Positions 1 through 11,897 of a DNA stretch of 15,741 nt are shown one piece after another. The notes beneath the pieces are model-generated. The model saw only the letters and a list, made by a program, of their open reading frames with translations, did no database searches and was not told the DNA's origin. Origin of the DNA: Paragordius varius (lineage: Eukaryota; Animalia; Nematomorpha); NCBI GenBank assembly GCA_964247055.1, contig CAXTSY010000018.1, positions 1 through 15,741 of the forward strand, in the 5' to 3' direction. How positions within the stretch are numbered: position 1 is the stretch's first letter; the number at the start of each line of letters is the position of its first letter. A program made the position numbers and the translations under genes.

Positions 1-1
1 T

Positions 2-706
2 GATCTTGATACTAAACTTTATAAAGTAGAACTCAAAAATCAATAAGAAACTTATATGGATGATCCATCTAAACCGGCCTCATTTCTTGATTTATTGGAA
101 AATGAAGAATTTACAAACGAAGATTTAAGAAGAATTTTGAACGCTTCTTTCCATAACCTTTGTTATTTAAGGGAACATAAAAGCGAAAATACTCAACAAA
201 ATAATAATTTAGATTATGAAAATAAAAATGATACCAAAACCAGCAAAGATACCCTATTTATTGATTTGGTAGGAGAACAGACAGAACCTTTAGATCTTTC
301 GCTGAAAAAACCACCAAAAATTATAAAAGATATTACTTCGGTATGTCCAAATATTGATTCCAATGATATAAGCATGAATGATATTAAAAATCTATTTAAT
401 GATAACAATAATAATGGAAATGGTAGTGAATCTTTAAACTCTTCAAAATTGGAAAATAATTATCGATGTATTCAATGTGATAAGATATATATGTATAAAA
501 GCGGCTTGGTAACGCATATTCGTTCGGTTCATGAACAAGTGAAATATCCGTGCAAAATCTGTTAAAAGATATTTTCTTACAAAAGCCTTCTTGCTAGCCA
601 CATTAAGTCGGTTCATGAGAAAATAAAATATGAATGTACGATTTGCAAAAAAGAATTTACTGGAAAAGGCAATCCTACCAAGCATAATAAAAATGTACAT
701 AATTGA
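2..706 (+). pseudogene. C2H2 zinc-finger gene relic with three tandem fingers, interrupted by in-frame TAA stops
   Basis: The frame of ORF 56..565 is open from 2 to TGA 704-706 except for TAA at 44-46 and 563-565. Fingers: CIQCDKIYMYKSGLVTHIRSVH, CKIC*KIFSYKSLLASHIKSVH, CTICKKEFTGKGNPTKHNKNVH. The second TAA falls inside finger 2, and finger 3 has Pro at the conserved hydrophobic (Leu) position. Confidence 0.75.
287..301 (+). other. PLDLS, CtBP co-repressor binding motif (PxDLS) within the zinc-finger ORF
   Basis: CCT TTA GAT CTT TCG encodes PLDLS, an exact match to the established PxDLS consensus common in animal zinc-finger repressors. Confidence 0.55.
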
Positions 707-1840
707 ACACTTTATATTATAATAAATGTAGCATCTGTTTACATAAATGTAATTTTGGTTTAAATTTTATTTTTGCAAATAAAAATTGGGATTTAATTCA
801 TTTAATGGAGATGTTTTGCATTATGCATTTTCATTTATAAAATATTTAGATAGCTATTTGACCAGTGATCTATTCTAGAGTTTTAATTGTAGAAAAAATT
901 ATGTAGTAATCAATATTATACCAACTAAAAGTAAAAATATAAACACAAAAATTTTTTCCTTTAAGCCATAATTTTATCTTGATTTTCTTGATTATCACTG
1001 ATTGGCATACACTGCAGACACAATTAATTTTTTAACAAATAATATTTAAAGGAAAAATGGATTTGAAAATTTATGGTTGTTTTAAAATTTTTTTTATATT
1101 ATTACGATTTGTTCGTATATTTTCAAATATCACTGTACTTTCTTGATGCGTACTTTTTACTATTTTTGAGGTATGATAGAAACAGTATATTTAAGATAAT
1201 ATAAAACACTTTTCTAAATAATTGCATGATGTTAAACATTTGTATCATGGCAGAATTTCCATTAAAAGATCTATTTGTCTTCAAGTTGTATATAATTTTT
1301 TTCACAATCCCAAAAATTTGAAAGCAAACGAATTTTTCTGATTAAAATTCTTAACCGTTGGAAATGTTTATCACTATTGAATTATTTGGAAAAAGTTTTT
1401 CTTAAAGCGTTTTTATACCCTTTCCAGAAAATTAATTTAAAAAAACGGGTAACAATTTTCGGACAAATTATATTAAATAACAAGCAAACCTATTATATCT
1501 AAAACTTAGCACGTATTTAAACTTGAAAATAGCAAAGCCTTATATTACCCTTACTTTAATTAAACTGATGGCATATTATTAATTAAGAAGTAGTATTATA
1601 ATATTATTAGGGGTAAAAATAAATTAACTGTGTAAATAATTTATTGTTCAAAAAGTATAGATATTCACCCCTTTTTTTACTTTTATAAAGTTAATAAGCA
1701 TAAGATTTTAATCATAATAATATTACCAATCTATTACCGATATGTGGGTTTAAGTCACCCCATATATATAAATTTTTGGCTAAATAAAAAAAAATTTCTA
1801 ATAATTTAATTATCTAAATTAATTCCATTTTTTTCAAAAA

Positions 1841-2650
1841 ATAACCAAGAAGACTAACACAACTGAAACTCGACTCTTTTTCCTTGCAAACCAAAGGGGG
1901 ATAATGGAATGTGTCGCCTTGGATAAATCTTCCCATTCTTTCTTATTCTCGGGCAAAAACCTGTGGTGTATGGATTGGATATTTATTCATAGGACCAGAC
2001 TCAACCTTATCCTTCTTAACAGCAAACCGGGAAGGTTAGACGATACATCTTGCAAAAGGTGCAAGAACTGGATTGAATCTGGATCACATGTAATAAATCA
2101 CTGCCTGATAGACACAGGTATACTCACCGAGCGACACAACAAGGTAGTCGATTACATCAAATCCATCCTACACAAAAAATCCACCGTTATATCCGAAAAT
2201 CAAAGAGTTGGTGATTCTAATTAACGACCTGATCTAATTATAACAGACAATACCAACTGCTACATCATCGATTCGACAATACCATATGAAAAGAAAATCT
2301 CCTCATTAGAGGACGCATATAACAAAAAATTTTATTAATCTGCAATCTATCTAAAACGTACCCAAATGTTAAAATAATTCCTCTAGTTATTATAGAAGCC
2401 CTAGGCTCGTGGTACCCACCAAACGTCAAACTCTTTGACGCCCTTAAAATCAAATATCCCACCCGTTTTAAACAAGAACTCATCGCAGAAGTTCTCAAAA
2501 CCTCCTGCGACATCTCCCATCTGTTCATCAGTGGCAGAAACGTTTAATCTCAACCTGATATTCCCTATAATTGCCTCACCCGTCAACCAGCCACCGTGTT
2601 CAGGCCAAAGTTAGTCCTATGCAATCTCCCATTCCATCCCTCCTTCTCTT
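1841..2650 (+). mobile_element. 5'-truncated RLE non-LTR retrotransposon relic A (NeSL/Utopia-like): zinc knuckle, restriction-like endonuclease and 3' UTR
   Basis: Reads DWIFIHRTRLN, then a CCHC knuckle CKRC..ESGSHVINHC, RHNKVV, ISENQ, *RPDLII..YIIDSTIPYE (PD..D endonuclease). After a frameshift near 2323-2336 it reads IIPLVIIEALGSW and ends at TAA 2545-2547. Internal stop at 2222-2224. The 3' UTR end is approximate. Confidence 0.9.
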
Positions 2651-2944
2651 TATATTCATAATTATTTATTTAAACACTCAGTATTTATCTTACAACAAAA
2701 TATATGATCTTATCTCCTATTCACGCTTTGTCTTCTTTTCCCTAAATATATATATATATATACCATTCTACACAATTAGTATTAACTGTAATATATATTA
2801 TATGTTATATGTTTCTATATTATCTACAATTAATTCCTGCCCTTGCATTTTTCTTTTACAGCAATGTATTTAAAATATTTAATTATTTAATAAATTGTAA
2901 TCAACTTCAACCAGAAAAAAAGCCAAATTTTTAACCAAATTTAG

Positions 2945-3227
2945 AGCTATATTGGGTTCTGCCCCAATAGCATCGTTTAATAAATTTGCGACACGCTTAT
3001 ATAATATAGTACGTCAAATTAAACAAAACCTCACATTTAATGCCCGACTATTATCCGAAACTCAAACGCCTAGACTCTTCAAGACTTTGACTCGATATCT
3101 CGTGGTTAGCAACAAGTGCCTTATCCACACTCCAAAAACGAAATATTATTCGAAAATTTACAGTAGAGCGCGTCGTCGCATCAAACCAAAGCCTAACATT
3201 TCTTCTTATACAATTTTTGAAATTTAA
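2945..3227 (+). mobile_element. Degenerate, internally deleted RLE non-LTR relic C
   Basis: Fragments in shifting frames: GFCP..INLRHAYII, RLLSETQ..YLVV, HTPKTK. 2984-3105 aligns by eye with 3396-3515, and 3127-3167 with 3687-3730. Confidence 0.6.
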
Positions 3228-3722
3228 AATACCGGGACATTGGAAGTTTATACATAAAGCAAGGCTTAACTCATCCTAGTACCCACAAAAAGCCAAAGCA
3301 TTTTGACAATCATGATTGCAGTTGCCGGAAACGAGAACCAATGAATCCACAGGCCACATATTCTTGCGTTTTGCCCCAAAAGAAGTGGATTTATTAACTT
3401 GCGACACACTTATATAATATAGTGTGTTAAATCAAACCAAAAGCTCCCTCCCATCCAATTCCCGACTAATATCCGCCGAAAATCAAACTCCTCTAGATAA
3501 GGACCCGATCTCGTGATGACACTTGTCGATCCAACTTAAACCTACAAGAACAGGCCCCAAGACCTAGACCACGAAGCTCACAATATTAAGATAGAAAAGT
3601 ATCGTCACCTCATAGTTTTATTTTCCGGTTAATTTAACGGGGTTTTTCATTATCCCAATCGTCGTGGGCGCACACTTGGATCATGGCACACTCCAAAAAC
3701 GAAAGATTATTAGAATATATTA
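3228..3722 (+). mobile_element. Degenerate RLE non-LTR relic B (NeSL/Utopia-like)
   Basis: Fragments across frameshifts, in the same order as relic A: WKFIHKARLN (from 3241), ESTGHI/LAFCP..INLRH, ISAENQ, PDLV, YKN..KIEKYRHL, IIPIVVGA/LGSWH (about 3648-3689). Confidence 0.8.
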
Positions 3723-3989
3723 CAGTAGAAATTGAAATTATACCATGGACCCTTTAAAAATTCAAAGACAAATTTCTTTTAAAAGACAATACTTTTTCAA
3801 AACCTTTTAATTTATTCTATTAAAATAATTACAATCGTATAATACAACATAAATTGTTTTATTAATTCATGTTTATTTACTTTATAGTTTGAAACAATGA
3901 GTTACAATTCAATTGTATGGTTGTCTTTTAGAAAAAAATATTTGTCTTTATATTTCTAGGTTTTGTTCGTATAATTTAAATTTTTACTG
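3723..3989. mobile_element. Putative Tc1/mariner-type MITE, copy 1
   Basis: Reads TA|CAGTA...TACTG|TA with imperfect ~70-80 bp inverted arms. The left end overlaps a CAGTAGA also present in the RLE relics, so the boundary is uncertain. Confidence 0.5.
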
Positions 3990-4180
3990 TAATATGAAAA
4001 ATAAGGAGTCGGAATTAAGAAAAGATATACTCATCGACACCATTCTTTAAAATATTCTTTAAATTTACGAATTCGTAAAACAATAACGCTCAATTTTTAT
4101 CTATATATCATTACTCTTTCATATATCCTTAAATATTTTTACTTTATACTTTATATTTTATTTTATATTTTAATTTTAAT

Positions 4181-4552
4181 TTTTACGTTTGACAAAGATT
4201 ACTTGTGGTAATCGAAAATTGATAATAAATCTACATCATTTAAGCTAAATTAAATATGCATATATAAAAATACAATAACGTTCAATTTTTATAAATAATC
4301 AATTCTGTTCATGTGCCCCTATTTATATTCTTTTTAGTATTCTTAGCATTCTTAATTTATTATTATTGAAAAAATTGTTGTCAATTTATTGTTCGAAGGT
4401 ATATTTTCTCCAGTTTATTCGATTGTAAGCGAGTGTTGTTAGCTGTTGTGAATAAAGATATATTCCTTAAATTATTTCTCTCACAATAAATACAAAATTA
4501 TATATATTTATTATTTTCCGATTACTACAAGTAATCTTTGTCAAACGTAAAA
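4181..4552. repeat. Inverted-repeat-bounded element (MITE-like)
   Basis: TTTTACGTTTGACAAAGATTACTTGTGGTAATCGAAAA (4181-4218) is the reverse complement of 4514-4552 with about 2 differences. Confidence 0.6.
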
Positions 4553-4751
4553 AATAAAATAATATTTAATTTTTTTTTAAGTTAGACAAAGAAATATAAT
4601 ATTCATAATAAATTTATAAAATTTTAGCTGAATAATTGCATATATAATAAATACAAAACTTCAGCTTTTTTCTCAAAAATAAATTCAATAAAATATTTTA
4701 TGTTCTACATATGCTCGTGATTATTTTCCAATTAAATTATATATGGTATTA

Positions 4752-5047
4752 CAGTAAAAGCAATATTATACGGACAAAAAATAAAAGTATAAAGGCAAAT
4801 ATTTTTAAAAAACAACCATACTTTTTAAAACCTAAATGTTTCCCATATAAGCTACTTAGTTACGATTGTAAAATGAATAATTGTGTTAGTAATATATATA
4901 TATATATATATATATCTATTTTTGTCATTTCAAACAATGAGTTACATTTAAATAAATAAAGACTTAAAAAGTATGGTTGTCTTTTAGAAAAAAATATTTG
5001 CATAGATGAAATTTTATGTTTTGTCCATATAATTTCAGTTTTTACTG
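4752..5047. mobile_element. Putative Tc1/mariner-type MITE, copy 2
   Basis: TA at 4750-4751 and 5048-5049 flanks CAGTA...TACTG. The arms share AAAAAGTATGGTTGT(T/C)TTTT..AAATATTTG in inverted orientation, with a central (AT)n. The right half is a direct homolog of about 3890-3993. Confidence 0.6.
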
Positions 5048-5254
5048 TAATTCGTTTCTTGTTTAATTTTTTAATTATATTCTCCATTTTTAGCGCATAC
5101 TTAGATTTTTCTACTCACGCTTATGAGGAACCACTGTCCTAAAATCTTTTTACGCTTATGTGGGTTAAAATGATTATTCTAATGACCGAAATTTGGGCAG
5201 AAGTATAAAAGGAATTTTTCAAGGGCCATTAAAATACCGATATATATATCATTT

Positions 5255-6270
5255 ACAATACAAAATCACCCTTAAATTTGAATTTCCCCTCTTAAACCAT
5301 TCAAAAACTATTCAGGTTCAGTCCCTTGAATAAAAATTCACCCCATCGAACAATTGAAATTGACCCTTTAACAATTCAATATACTTCGAACAATTTAATA
5401 ACCTTTAACAATACAAATTCACCCTCGAACAATTTTTCACACCCTTAAACAATTCAAATTCATCCTTGAAGAGTTAAAATTCAACCTGAACAATTCAAAA
5501 ATTATTCAAATTCAGCCCCTTGAACAATAAAAATTCACCCCATCGAACAATTGAAATTGACTCTTTAACAATTCAAATTCACTCTCGAACAATTGTTCAC
5601 CCCCTTAAGCAATTCAAATTCAATCTTGAAGAGTTCAAAATAGCCTGAACAATTTAAATCACCATACAATTATGTGTTTTCAAGTTGCTAATACTCATTA
5701 TTAAAGTGAAACATATCTTTATGGCGCATAATTGATTATTTTTTTAGTTATTTTTATTTTAAACAAAATTCATTTATTATAAATATGTATAAAAAATATA
5801 AATAATATTTAAACTTTAAAAAAGACAAAATTTATTTGAGGGTGAATTTGAAGTATTCAAGGGGATGAATTTAAATTGTTTAAGGTAAATTTGAATTGTA
5901 CAAGAAGGTAAATTTGAATTGTTCAAGGGGGTGAATTTGAATTGTTCAAGAAGGTAAATTTGAATTGTCCAAGGGTAAATTAGAATTATTCAAGGGTGAA
6001 TTTAAATTGTATAAGGGAGTAAATTTGAAAAATTCTAGGGTGAATTTAAATTGTTCAAGGGTGAATTTAAATTGTTTTAGGGGATAATTATATTTGGAGG
6101 GTGAATATAAATAGTTCGAGGGGGTGAATCTGAACTGTTCAAGGGTTAATTTAAATTGTTAATGGTATATAATATTAAATTGTTGGAGGGTTAATTTGAA
6201 TAGTTAAGAGGGGGAATTTGAATTGTTCAAGGAGGTGAATTTCAACTCTAAATGGTATAACTATTGAATT
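5255..6270. mobile_element. Foldback-type element: inverted arms of a ~20 bp minisatellite around an AT-rich core
   Basis: The AATTCAAATTCACCCTTGAAC-like unit repeats on + at about 5255-5670 and inverted at about 5836-6270, with a core of about 165 bp. Confidence 0.65.
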
Positions 6271-6539
6271 TTTTGCTTAATACTAATGACATAAAAATTA
6301 TGATTATAAATTACTAGACAAATAATCCTGCTAAATCGGAAACCTGGATTAAAAAACGTTTGCCTCAAGTCTGCAAGAAAAACAAAAAATAAAATTATCT
6401 TTTTTAGTTTTAGGAAAACAGTTGGGAATTGTGTAACACAATAATATTTATTTGCCAAAAATATTTTATAAATGATTGATAAAAATGCGAAAAACGCCAT
6501 CTTAATATTTATAAGGACATTGTATAGAGATTAAACTTA

Positions 6540-6726
6540 ATTATAACTCATTGTTTTAAACTACAAAGTATAAAAAAGAACTGTAAATTGATAAAATAAT
6601 CAAATATATATATTATATATCATTTATAGGGAAAAACATTAGATTTAAAAAGTATGGGGTTGTCTTTTTAGAAATAAACTTTAGTCTTTATATTTTACGT
6701 ATTATCCAATTATTTCTTTTACTGTA
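6540..6726. mobile_element. Partial third copy of the CAGTA/TACTG MITE family
   Basis: Contains AAAAAGTATGGGGTTGTCTTTTTAG...TTTTACTG|TA (ends 6726) and ATAACTCATTGTTT, the reverse complement of the AAACAATGAGTTA core of copies 1 and 2. No left terminus was found. Confidence 0.45.
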
Positions 6727-6865
6727 ATAGATAATTATATTTCTTGTCTGAAGATTGTATGGATTTGAATAATGTAAATTCCCTGATTTATTTAGTTAAT
6801 TAGTGATTAATATATATAAAGTATGAGTAATATATTGATAGAAAGTAAATTATCAAATAAAAAAT

Positions 6866-7191
6866 TTCTCTCTCTCTCTCTCTCTCACAATTCACTCTTT
6901 CATTCATCTCTCTTCTTCTCTCTCTCTCTCTCTCTCTCTAAAAATAATGTGAGTGAGTGAGAGAGAGAGTGAATGTGTTTGTTGACTAATATATATCTCA
7001 TTCTCTCTCTCTCTCTCTCTCTCTCACAATTCACTCTTTCATTCATCTCTCTTCTTCTCTCTCTCTCTCTCTCTCTCTAAAAATAATGTGAGTGAGTGAG
7101 AGAGAGAGTGAATGTGTTTGTTGACTAATATATATCTCATTCTCTCTCTCTCTCTCTCTCTCTCACAATTCACTCTTTCATTCATCTCTCT

Positions 7192-7224
<33 letters not shown>

Positions 7225-7364
7225 AAAATAATGTGAGTGAGTGAGTGAGTGAGTGAGTGAGTGAGTGAGTGAGTGAGAGAGTGAATGTGTTTGTTGACTA
7301 ATATATATCTCATTCACTCTCTCTCTCTCTCTCTCACAATTCACTCTTTCATTCATCTCTCTCT

Positions 7365-7397
<33 letters not shown>

Positions 7398-7527
7398 AAA
7401 ATAATGTGAGTGAGTGAGTGAGTGAGTGAGTGAGTGAGTGAGTGAGTGAGAGAGTGAATGTGTTTGTTGACTAATATATATCTCATTCACTCTCTCTCTC
7501 TCTCTCTCTCACAATTCACTCTTTCAT

Positions 7528-7567
<40 letters not shown>

Positions 7568-7758
7568 ATTCACTCTTTCATTCATCTCTCTTCTTCTCTC
7601 TCTCTCTCTCTCTCTCTCTCTAAAAATAATGTGAGTGAGTGAGTGAGTGAGTGAGTGAGTGAGTGAGTGAGTGAGAGAGTGAATGTGTTTGTTGACTAAT
7701 ATATATCTCATTCACTCTCTCTCTCTCTCTCTCTCACAATTCACTCTTTCATTCATCT

Positions 7759-7796
<38 letters not shown>

Positions 7797-7930
7797 AAAA
7801 TAATGTGAGTGAGTGAGTGAGTGAGTGAGTGAGTGAGTGAGTGAGAGAGTGAATGTGTTTGTTGACTAATATATATCTCATTCACTCTCTCTCTCTCTCT
7901 CTCTCTCACAATTCACTCTTTCATTCATCT

Positions 7931-7961
<31 letters not shown>

Positions 7962-8080
7962 AAAAATAATGTGAGTGAGTGAGTGAGTGAGTGAGAGAGT
8001 GAATGTGTTTGTTGACTAATATATATCTCATTCACTCTCTCTCTCTCTCTCTCTCTCACAATTCACTCTTTCATTCATCT

Positions 8081-8111
<31 letters not shown>

Positions 8112-8399
8112 AAAAATAATGTGAGTGAGTGAGTGAGTGAGTGAGAGAGTGAATGTGTTTGTTGACTAATATATATCTCATTCACTCTCTCTCTCTCTCT
8201 CTCTCACAATTCACTCTTTCATTCATCTCTCTCTTCTTCTCTCTCTCTCTCTCTCTCTAAAAATAATGTGAGTGAGTGAGTGAGTGAGTGAGTGAGTGAG
8301 TGAGAGAGTGAGAGAGTGAATGTGTTTGTTGACTAATATATATCTCATTCTCTCTCTCTCTCTCTCTCTCTCACAATTCACTCATTCATTCATCTCTCT

Positions 8400-8432
<33 letters not shown>

Positions 8433-8713
8433 AAAATAATGTGAGTGAGTGAGTGAGTGAGTGAGAGAGTGAATGTGTTTGTTGACTAATATATATCTCA
8501 TTCACTCTCTCTCTCTCTCTCTCACAATTCACTCTTTCATTCATCTCTCTCTTCTTCTCTCTCTCTCTCTCTCTCTAAAAATAATGTGAGTGAGTGAGTG
8601 AGTGAGTGAGTGAGTGAGTGAGAGAGTGAGAGAGTGAATGTGTTTGTTGACTAATATATATCTCATTCTCTCTCTCTCTCTCTCTCACAATTCACTCATT
8701 CATTCATCTCTCT

Positions 8714-8746
<33 letters not shown>

Positions 8747-8886
8747 AAAATAATGTGAGTGAGTGAGTGAGTGAGTGAGTGAGTGAGTGAGAGAGTGAGA
8801 GAGTGAATGTGTTTGTTGACTAATATATATCTCATTCACTCTCTCTCTCTCTCTCTCACAATTCACTCTTTCATTCATCTCTCTCT

Positions 8887-8919
<33 letters not shown>

Positions 8920-9049
8920 AAAATAATGTGAGTGAGTGAGTGAGTGAGTGAGTGAGTGAGTGAGTGAGTGAGAGAGTGAATGTGTTTGTTGACTAATATA
9001 TATCTCATTCACTCTCTCTCTCTCTCTCTCTCACAATTCACTCTTTCAT

Positions 9050-9089
<40 letters not shown>

Positions 9090-9280
9090 ATTCACTCTTT
9101 CATTCATCTCTCTTCTTCTCTCTCTCTCTCTCTCTCTCTCTCTAAAAATAATGTGAGTGAGTGAGTGAGTGAGTGAGTGAGTGAGTGAGTGAGTGAGAGA
9201 GTGAATGTGTTTGTTGACTAATATATATCTCATTCACTCTCTCTCTCTCTCTCTCTCACAATTCACTCTTTCATTCATCT

Positions 9281-9318
<38 letters not shown>

Positions 9319-9452
9319 AAAATAATGTGAGTGAGTGAGTGAGTGAGTGAGTGAGTGAGTGAGTGAGAGAGTGAATGTGTTTGTTGACTAATATATATCT
9401 CATTCACTCTCTCTCTCTCTCTCTCTCTCACAATTCACTCTTTCATTCATCT

Positions 9453-9483
<31 letters not shown>

Positions 9484-9771
9484 AAAAATAATGTGAGTGA
9501 GTGAGTGAGTGAGTGAGAGAGTGAATGTGTTTGTTGACTAATATATATCTCATTCACTCTCTCTCTCTCTCTCTCTCACAATTCACTCTTTCATTCATCT
9601 CTCTCTTCTTCTCTCTCTCTCTCTCTCTCTAAAAATAATGTGAGTGAGTGAGTGAGTGAGTGAGTGAGTGAGTGAGAGAGTGAGAGAGTGAATGTGTTTG
9701 TTGACTAATATATATCTCATTCTCTCTCTCTCTCTCTCTCTCTCACAATTCACTCATTCATTCATCTCTCT

Positions 9772-9804
<33 letters not shown>

Positions 9805-10085
9805 AAAATAATGTGAGTGAGTGAGTGAGTGAGTGAGAGAGTGAATGTGTTTGTTGACTAATATATATCTCATTCACTCTCTCTCTCTCTCTCTCACAAT
9901 TCACTCTTTCATTCATCTCTCTCTTCTTCTCTCTCTCTCTCTCTCTCTAAAAATAATGTGAGTGAGTGAGTGAGTGAGTGAGTGAGTGAGTGAGAGAGTG
10001 AGAGAGTGAATGTGTTTGTTGACTAATATATATCTCATTCTCTCTCTCTCTCTCTCTCACAATTCACTCATTCATTCATCTCTCT

Positions 10086-10118
<33 letters not shown>

Positions 10119-10258
10119 AAAATAATGTGAGTGAGTGAGTGAGTGAGTGAGTGAGTGAGTGAGAGAGTGAGAGAGTGAATGTGTTTGTTGACTAATATAT
10201 ATCTCATTCTCTCTCTCTCTCTCTCTCTCTCACAATTCACTCATTCATTCATCTCTCT

Positions 10259-10291
<33 letters not shown>

Positions 10292-10399
10292 AAAATAATG
10301 TGAGTGAGTGAGTGAGTGAGTGAGAGAGTGAATGTGTTTGTTGACTAATATATATCTCATTCACTCTCTCTCTCTCTCTCTCACAATTCACTCTTTCAT

Positions 10400-10440
<41 letters not shown>

Positions 10441-11320
10441 AAAATAATGTGAGTGAGTGAGTGAGTGAGTGAGTGAGTGAATGTGTTTGTTGACTAATAT
10501 ATATCTCATTCACTCTCTCTCTCTCTCTCTCTCTCACAATTCACTCTTTCATTCATCTCTCTTCTTCTCTCTCTCTCTCTCTCTCTAAAAATAATGTGAG
10601 TGAGTGAGTGAGTGAGTGAGTGAGAGAGTGAATGTGTTTGTTGACTAATATATATCTCATTCACTCTCTCTCTCTCTCTCTCTCACAATTCACTCTTTCA
10701 TTCATCTCTCTTCTCTCTCTCTCTCTCTCTCTCTAAAAATAATGTGAGTGAGTGAGTGAGTGAGTGAGTGAGAGAGTGAATGTGTTTGTTGACTAATATA
10801 TATCTCATTCACTCTCTCTCTCTCTCTCTCTCACAATTCACTCTTTCATTCATCTCTCTTCTCTCTCTCTCTCTCTCTCTAAAAATAATGTGAGTGAGTG
10901 AGTGAGTGAGTGAGTGAGTGAGTGAGTGAGTGAGTGAGTGAGAGAGTGAATGTGTTTGTTGACTAATATATATCTCATTCACTCTCTCTCTCTCTCTCTC
11001 ACAATTCACTCTTTCATTCATCTCTCTTCTTCTCTCTCTCTCTCTCTCTCTCTAAAAATAATGTGAGTGAGTGAGTGAGTGAGTGAGTGAGAGAGTGAAT
11101 GTGTTTGTTGACTAATATATATCTCATTCACTCTCTCTCTCTCTCTCTCTCACAATTCACTCTTTCATTCATCTCTCTTCTCTCTCTCTCTCTCTCTCTC
11201 TAAAAATAATGTGAGTGAGTGAGTGAGTGAGTGAGTGAGAGAGTGAATGTGTTTGTTGACTAATATATATCTCATTCACTCTCTCTCTCTCTCTCTCACA
11301 ATTCACTCTTTCATTCATCT

Positions 11321-11362
<42 letters not shown>

Positions 11363-11644
11363 AAAATAATGTGAGTGAGTGAGTGAGTGAGTGAGTGAGT
11401 GAGTGAGAGAGTGAGAGAGTGAATGTGTTTGTTGACTAATATATATCTCATTCTCTCTCTCTCTCTCTCTCTCACAATTCACTCTTTCATTCATCTCTCA
11501 TCTTCTTCTCTCTCTCTCTCTCTCTCTCTAAAAATAATGTGAGTGAGTGAGTGAGTGAGTGAATGTGTTTGTTGATTAATATATATCTCATTCACTCTCT
11601 CTCTCTCTCTCTCTCTCACAATTCACTCATTCATTCATCTCTCT

Positions 11645-11677
<33 letters not shown>

Positions 11678-11897
11678 AAAATAATGTGAGTGAGTGAGTG
11701 AGAGAGTGAATGTGTTTGTTGACTAATATATATCTCATTCACTCTCTCTCTCTCTCTCTCACAATTCACTCTTTCATTCATCTCTCATCTTCTTCTCTCT
11801 CTCTCTCTCTCTCTCTAAAAATAATATGAGTGAGTGAGTGAGTGAGTGAGTGAGTGAGAGAGTGAATGTGTTTGTTGACTAATATATATCTCATTCA
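6866..11897. repeat. Satellite array of about 31 units (~140-225 bp) built from compound microsatellites
   Basis: Unit: (CT)n-CACAATTCACTCTTTCATTCATCTCTCTT-(CT)n-AAAAATAAT-(GTGA)n-GAGAGTGAATGTGTTTGTTGACTAATATATATCTCATT. I counted 31 TAAAAATAAT anchors by hand. Length variation lies mostly in the (CT)n and (GTGA)n tracts. Confidence 0.97.

Noticed and set aside
1774-1783. TTTTGGCTAA, matching part of U2 snRNA, upstream of the Utopia-like relic
   Set aside because: Only 10 nt in AT-rich DNA, with no further U2 sequence on either side; chance level.
2-2547. Ciliate-type genetic code (TAA=Gln), suggested by TAA interruptions in the zinc-finger and retroelement frames
   Set aside because: The retroelement also has frameshifts, and its TAA sits where Leu (TTA) is typical before RPDL. 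TAA alternates with TGA at the stop position of the V-ATPase copies, consistent with TAA being a stop.
214-2586. Minus-strand ORFs 214..408, 443..700, 2265..2528 and 2401..2586
   Set aside because: They are antisense shadows of the plus-strand zinc-finger and retroelement frames.
1123-6500. Short ORFs 1123..1305, 2571..2873, 4711..4959, 4860..5087 and 6261..6500
   Set aside because: Low-complexity I/K/N/F/Y-rich translations of AT-rich UTR or MITE DNA, with no recognisable motif.
7487-11021. RERE/HSLT-repeat ORFs in the satellite
   Set aside because: They are translation artefacts of the (GA)n and (TCAC)n tracts.
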